NCBI GenBank assembly: GCA_963700985.1
Contig: OY969554.1
Coordinates: 608,001 to 672,000, forward strand
Length of the DNA: 64,000 nt
Direction of reading: 5' to 3'
Source of the DNA: an uncultured Chlamydiales bacterium
Lineage (GTDB): Bacteria > Chlamydiota > Chlamydiia > Chlamydiales > Rhabdochlamydiaceae
The notes beneath the pieces are model-generated. The model had not been told where the DNA came from and made no database searches. It was given only the letters and a program-made list of their open reading frames with translations. Below, in pieces: positions 61,270 to 64,000 of the stretch. The stretch's first letter is position 1. Each line of letters starts with the position of its first letter. Position numbers and translations under genes: made by a program.

Positions 61270-62274
61270 ATGTCCCATCCATCCATACAATCCAGCTGGG
61301 TTAAACAAGACGAGACCATCGAACTGCAAATTCGCCCGCAGTCGCTTGGAGATTTCCTTGGACAAGAACCCTTGAGAAAACGCCTCGAAGTTTTTCTGGG
61401 CGCCGCAAAGTTGCGCAATGAGCCATTAGGACATTGTTTATTCCATGGGCCACCAGGACTCGGTAAGACTACACTCGCTAATATTCTTGCCAAAGCCATG
61501 GGCACAAGCATTGTGATCAGCTCAGGTCCTGTGCTGGAAAAACCTGGAGATTTGGCTGGTATTCTCACTAATCTTAAAGAGGGCGACATCTTCTTTATCG
61601 ATGAGATCCACCGTTTAAATAGACAAGTTGAAGAGTATCTTTACACAGCCATGGAAGATTTCTCGCTCGATCTAATGATTGATAGCGGCCCTAATGCCCG
61701 CAGCGTCCAAGTAAAACTAAACCCCTTTTGTCTCGTAGGAGCCACCACACGCGGCGGACTTTTAAGCGCTCCGATGCGCTCGCGCTTTGCTTTTACTTGC
61801 CGACTCGACTATTATGATCCGGAGATCCTTAAAGAGATCGTATTGAGAACGTCGCACATCCTCAATGTTTCAATAGATAGTGGAGGAGCGTTAGAAGTTG
61901 CAAGGCGCGCCCGCGGAACACCGCGGATCGCCAATCACCTGCTTCGATGGGTAAGAGATTATGCTCAGATGCATAATAGCTTAAAAATCGATAAGCAGAT
62001 CGCTAATGCTGCTTTGGAGATGCTTGCGATCGATCAAATAGGTCTCGATGAGATGGATAAGAAGATCTTAAATGTAATCATCGACCACTATGAAGGAGGT
62101 CCGGTAGGAATCAAGACGCTCTCAGTTGCAGTTGGAGAGGAAGAAAACACTCTCGAAGAGGTCTATGAACCCTACCTGATCTTACAAGGCTTAATTAAAC
62201 GTACGTCAAGAGGGCGCGAAGCAACTGCGCTCGCCTACCAACATCTTAAGGGAACAAAAAAGGTTCCAAAATAA
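61270..62274 (+). CDS. ruvB: Holliday junction branch migration helicase RuvB
   Basis: GPPGLGKTTLA, FIDEIHRL, GATTR, RGTPRIA and GGPVG motifs. Confidence 0.99.
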   Translation: MSHPSIQSSWVKQDETIELQIRPQSLGDFLGQEPLRKRLEVFLGAAKLRNEPLGHCLFHGPPGLGKTTLANILAKAMGTSIVISSGPVLEKPGDLAGILTNLKEGDIFFIDEIHRLNRQVEEYLYTAMEDFSLDLMIDSGPNARSVQVKLNPFCLVGATTRGGLLSAPMRSRFAFTCRLDYYDPEILKEIVLRTSHILNVSIDSGGALEVARRARGTPRIANHLLRWVRDYAQMHNSLKIDKQIANAALEMLAIDQIGLDEMDKKILNVIIDHYEGGPVGIKTLSVAVGEEENTLEEVYEPYLILQGLIKRTSRGREATALAYQHLKGTKKVPK

Positions 62275-62295
62275 AATTTCGGATGGAGAAATATC

Positions 62296-63489
62296 ATGAG
62301 AATCATCTCTTCTTTGCTAATTGCTACTACTGTCTGCTTGAGCAGCCTAACACTCGAAGCCACTGTAAAATATGATCGCTTCGAAGTTGACCCTTCACTT
62401 AGCGATAAACCTGCCACGATTAAGGTTCTCTTAGAAAAAGGCAGCAGCACGGCTCTGCTTGAAGTAAAAGGACCACATTTAATTTACGACGCCAAGAGCG
62501 GCTTCCAATTATCTTCTGGCTCTCTCCCAAAGCGCGATTTCATCACCCATGACGCCAAAGGTCTAAAATGGGGCCATAAGTTTCCTGGCACTCAGCAGAT
62601 CCGTGTGGTTCCTGGTGACGCGCAAACTACTATCATTGTGAATGGCACCCAATACCGTGGCTGCATTGAAATCTACGCGATCGGCGGAAAATTCAATATT
62701 ATCAATGAAACAGATGTGGAAACTTATCTTAAATCTATTTTGACCACACAGTTTGCAGAAGAGATGGAAGAAGAGACAATGGAAGCGCTGGTTATTGCCG
62801 CGCGTACCAACGCCTATTACACCACTGGAAGACACCCTTTTGCGCCTTGGCATGTTGAAGCTAAAGAAGTCGGATATCATGGCTATGGAGCTCTGCTACA
62901 AAACCTCGTGGTTGACCGAGCAGTTGAGCATACACGTCATGTCATTATGACCTACCGCAAAGCTCCTTTCGCTGCCACTTGGACTAAAAACTGCGCAGGA
63001 AAAACAGCGGATTTCCCCGTGATCTTCCGTAAAAACACACCGACACCTAAAGGTGTTGAGTCTCAACTAGCTGCTAGTGACCGCGAAAAAGCGCGTTGGA
63101 CTTTAACCATCAGTAAAAAAGACCTCGCGACAGCGCTTGGAATGTCAACTGTGCGCTCGGTCGATCTCTTTATCGATAATAACTCTGACAAAGTCTATGG
63201 CGTGCGCGTAGGCGATGGTCTAGATGCCAAAAACTTCGACTTTATGGCTTTTCAAAAGAAAGTTGGTGATCTTAAACTGCGCAGCAGCGATTTCACTGTG
63301 GCCACTAAGGGAGAATCCCTTGTTTTCACAGGCTATGGCGATGGCCCAGGAGTCGGACTCTGCCTCTATACAGCTAATAAGTTGGCTGAAAAAGGAGAAA
63401 AGGCGCCTAAAATCCTAGCTACCTTCTTCCCAGATACCGCTATTGAAAAGCTGCGCAAACTTCCTGGTTTAGAAGCTCAAGTAAAATAA
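62296..63489 (+). CDS. SpoIID/LytB domain protein (CT041-like)
   Basis: Signal peptide; YRG, VETYLK, ALVIAART, LRS and GYGDGPGVGLC motifs. Confidence 0.88.
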   Translation: MRIISSLLIATTVCLSSLTLEATVKYDRFEVDPSLSDKPATIKVLLEKGSSTALLEVKGPHLIYDAKSGFQLSSGSLPKRDFITHDAKGLKWGHKFPGTQQIRVVPGDAQTTIIVNGTQYRGCIEIYAIGGKFNIINETDVETYLKSILTTQFAEEMEEETMEALVIAARTNAYYTTGRHPFAPWHVEAKEVGYHGYGALLQNLVVDRAVEHTRHVIMTYRKAPFAATWTKNCAGKTADFPVIFRKNTPTPKGVESQLAASDREKARWTLTISKKDLATALGMSTVRSVDLFIDNNSDKVYGVRVGDGLDAKNFDFMAFQKKVGDLKLRSSDFTVATKGESLVFTGYGDGPGVGLCLYTANKLAEKGEKAPKILATFFPDTAIEKLRKLPGLEAQVK

Positions 63490-63498
63490 ATATTTCAC

Positions 63499-63533
63499 AG
63501 CATGCGAGTAGAAATTAACCCTACTCGTATGCT
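63499..63533. terminator. Stem-loop after the spoIID-like gene
   Basis: AGCATGCGAGTAG / CTACTCGTATGCT 13-bp stem (one G:U) with a 9-nt loop. No clear U-tract. Confidence 0.5.
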
Positions 63534-63555
63534 AACATAATTATTCAAATATTTT

Positions 63556-63651
63556 GCTGGGGACCTTGGAGAGTAAAACAGTCCGAACCAGGTCAGGACC
63601 GGAAGGTAGCAGCCTTAAGGACCTCGTTTTGTGCTCCGAGTCATCTCCAGC
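63556..63651 (+). ncRNA. ffs: Signal recognition particle (4.5S) RNA
   Basis: Conserved core CAGGTCAGGACCGGAAGGTAGCAGC. Ends GCTGGGGA / TCTCCAGC pair, followed by a T-run. Confidence 0.95.
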
Positions 63652-63668
63652 TTTTTCTTCTACTCAAA

Positions 63669-64000
63669 TCATTCCGAAATTAGCTTATAAATAGATTCGA
63701 AACTTGCGTATATAGCTACTGCTGAGATAGCTGTTCCGTAAGGAAGAGTCTCTTGGACTCTTTCTTTCAAGCTCTCTGGAAGACAGCACATCACGGCGAA
63801 TGCTAGAATAGATAAAATGCCGCGCACAACTGTTTCAATAATCCCAAGAAGTGCTAAGCCAGCAAAGCCCAAACCAGAAAGAATCTTATGCACAGTCGTA
63901 TTGATCTCTGCCGTACTTTCTGCATCCATATTAGCTAATTCGTATACTAAATAACCCGTGAGTGAGATGGCCATCGAGGAACAGGCTGCTGATTGAGTGC
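63669..64000 (-). CDS. Small hydrophobic (Inc-like) membrane protein, 5' end probably beyond the window
   Basis: Frame stays open from 63974 to the window edge. Long bilobed hydrophobic stretch ending in MCC. Confidence 0.6.
   Translation of the reverse strand, partial: TQSAACSSMAISLTGYLVYELANMDAESTAEINTTVHKILSGLGFAGLALLGIIETVVRGILSILAFAVMCCLPESLKERVQETLPYGTAISAVAIYASFESIYKLISE

Overview
Chromosomal window from an environmental member of the phylum Chlamydiota, not Chlamydiaceae. The evidence is blocks syntenic with C. trachomatis (HEAT/lptD/def/secG; tpiA-xseAB-dxs; holB-tmk-gyrA-gyrB-DUF721; mgtE; yidC-dnaA; slc1-glgX; CT253/CT254-like/PP2C/nifS/CBS pair; dcd-ruvB-spoIID), a Slc1-type T3SS chaperone, and a complete classical (menFDHBACE+I+G) menaquinone pathway. 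Accessory genes sit between the core blocks. (1) A ~6.7-kb patch between menG and menF carries a SnoaL protein, a leaderless trypsin-like protease, a divergent HicA/HicB-like pair, an operon of a KDEL-terminated coiled-coil protein plus a secreted MICAL-like flavoenzyme, an MFS pump and a HAD phosphatase. (2) A canonical hicAB module lies inside the men operon. (3) A secreted serpin lies inside a core operon. (4) There are several orphan effector-like proteins: a Cys-rich tandem paralog pair, a papain/transglutaminase-like protein, and tail-anchored or Pro-rich proteins. (5) REP/MITE-like palindromic intergenic elements occur at three sites. One ncRNA (SRP RNA) is present. No tRNA, rRNA, CRISPR array, integrase or transposase was seen. 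All family assignments come from reading motifs by eye, not from database searches.
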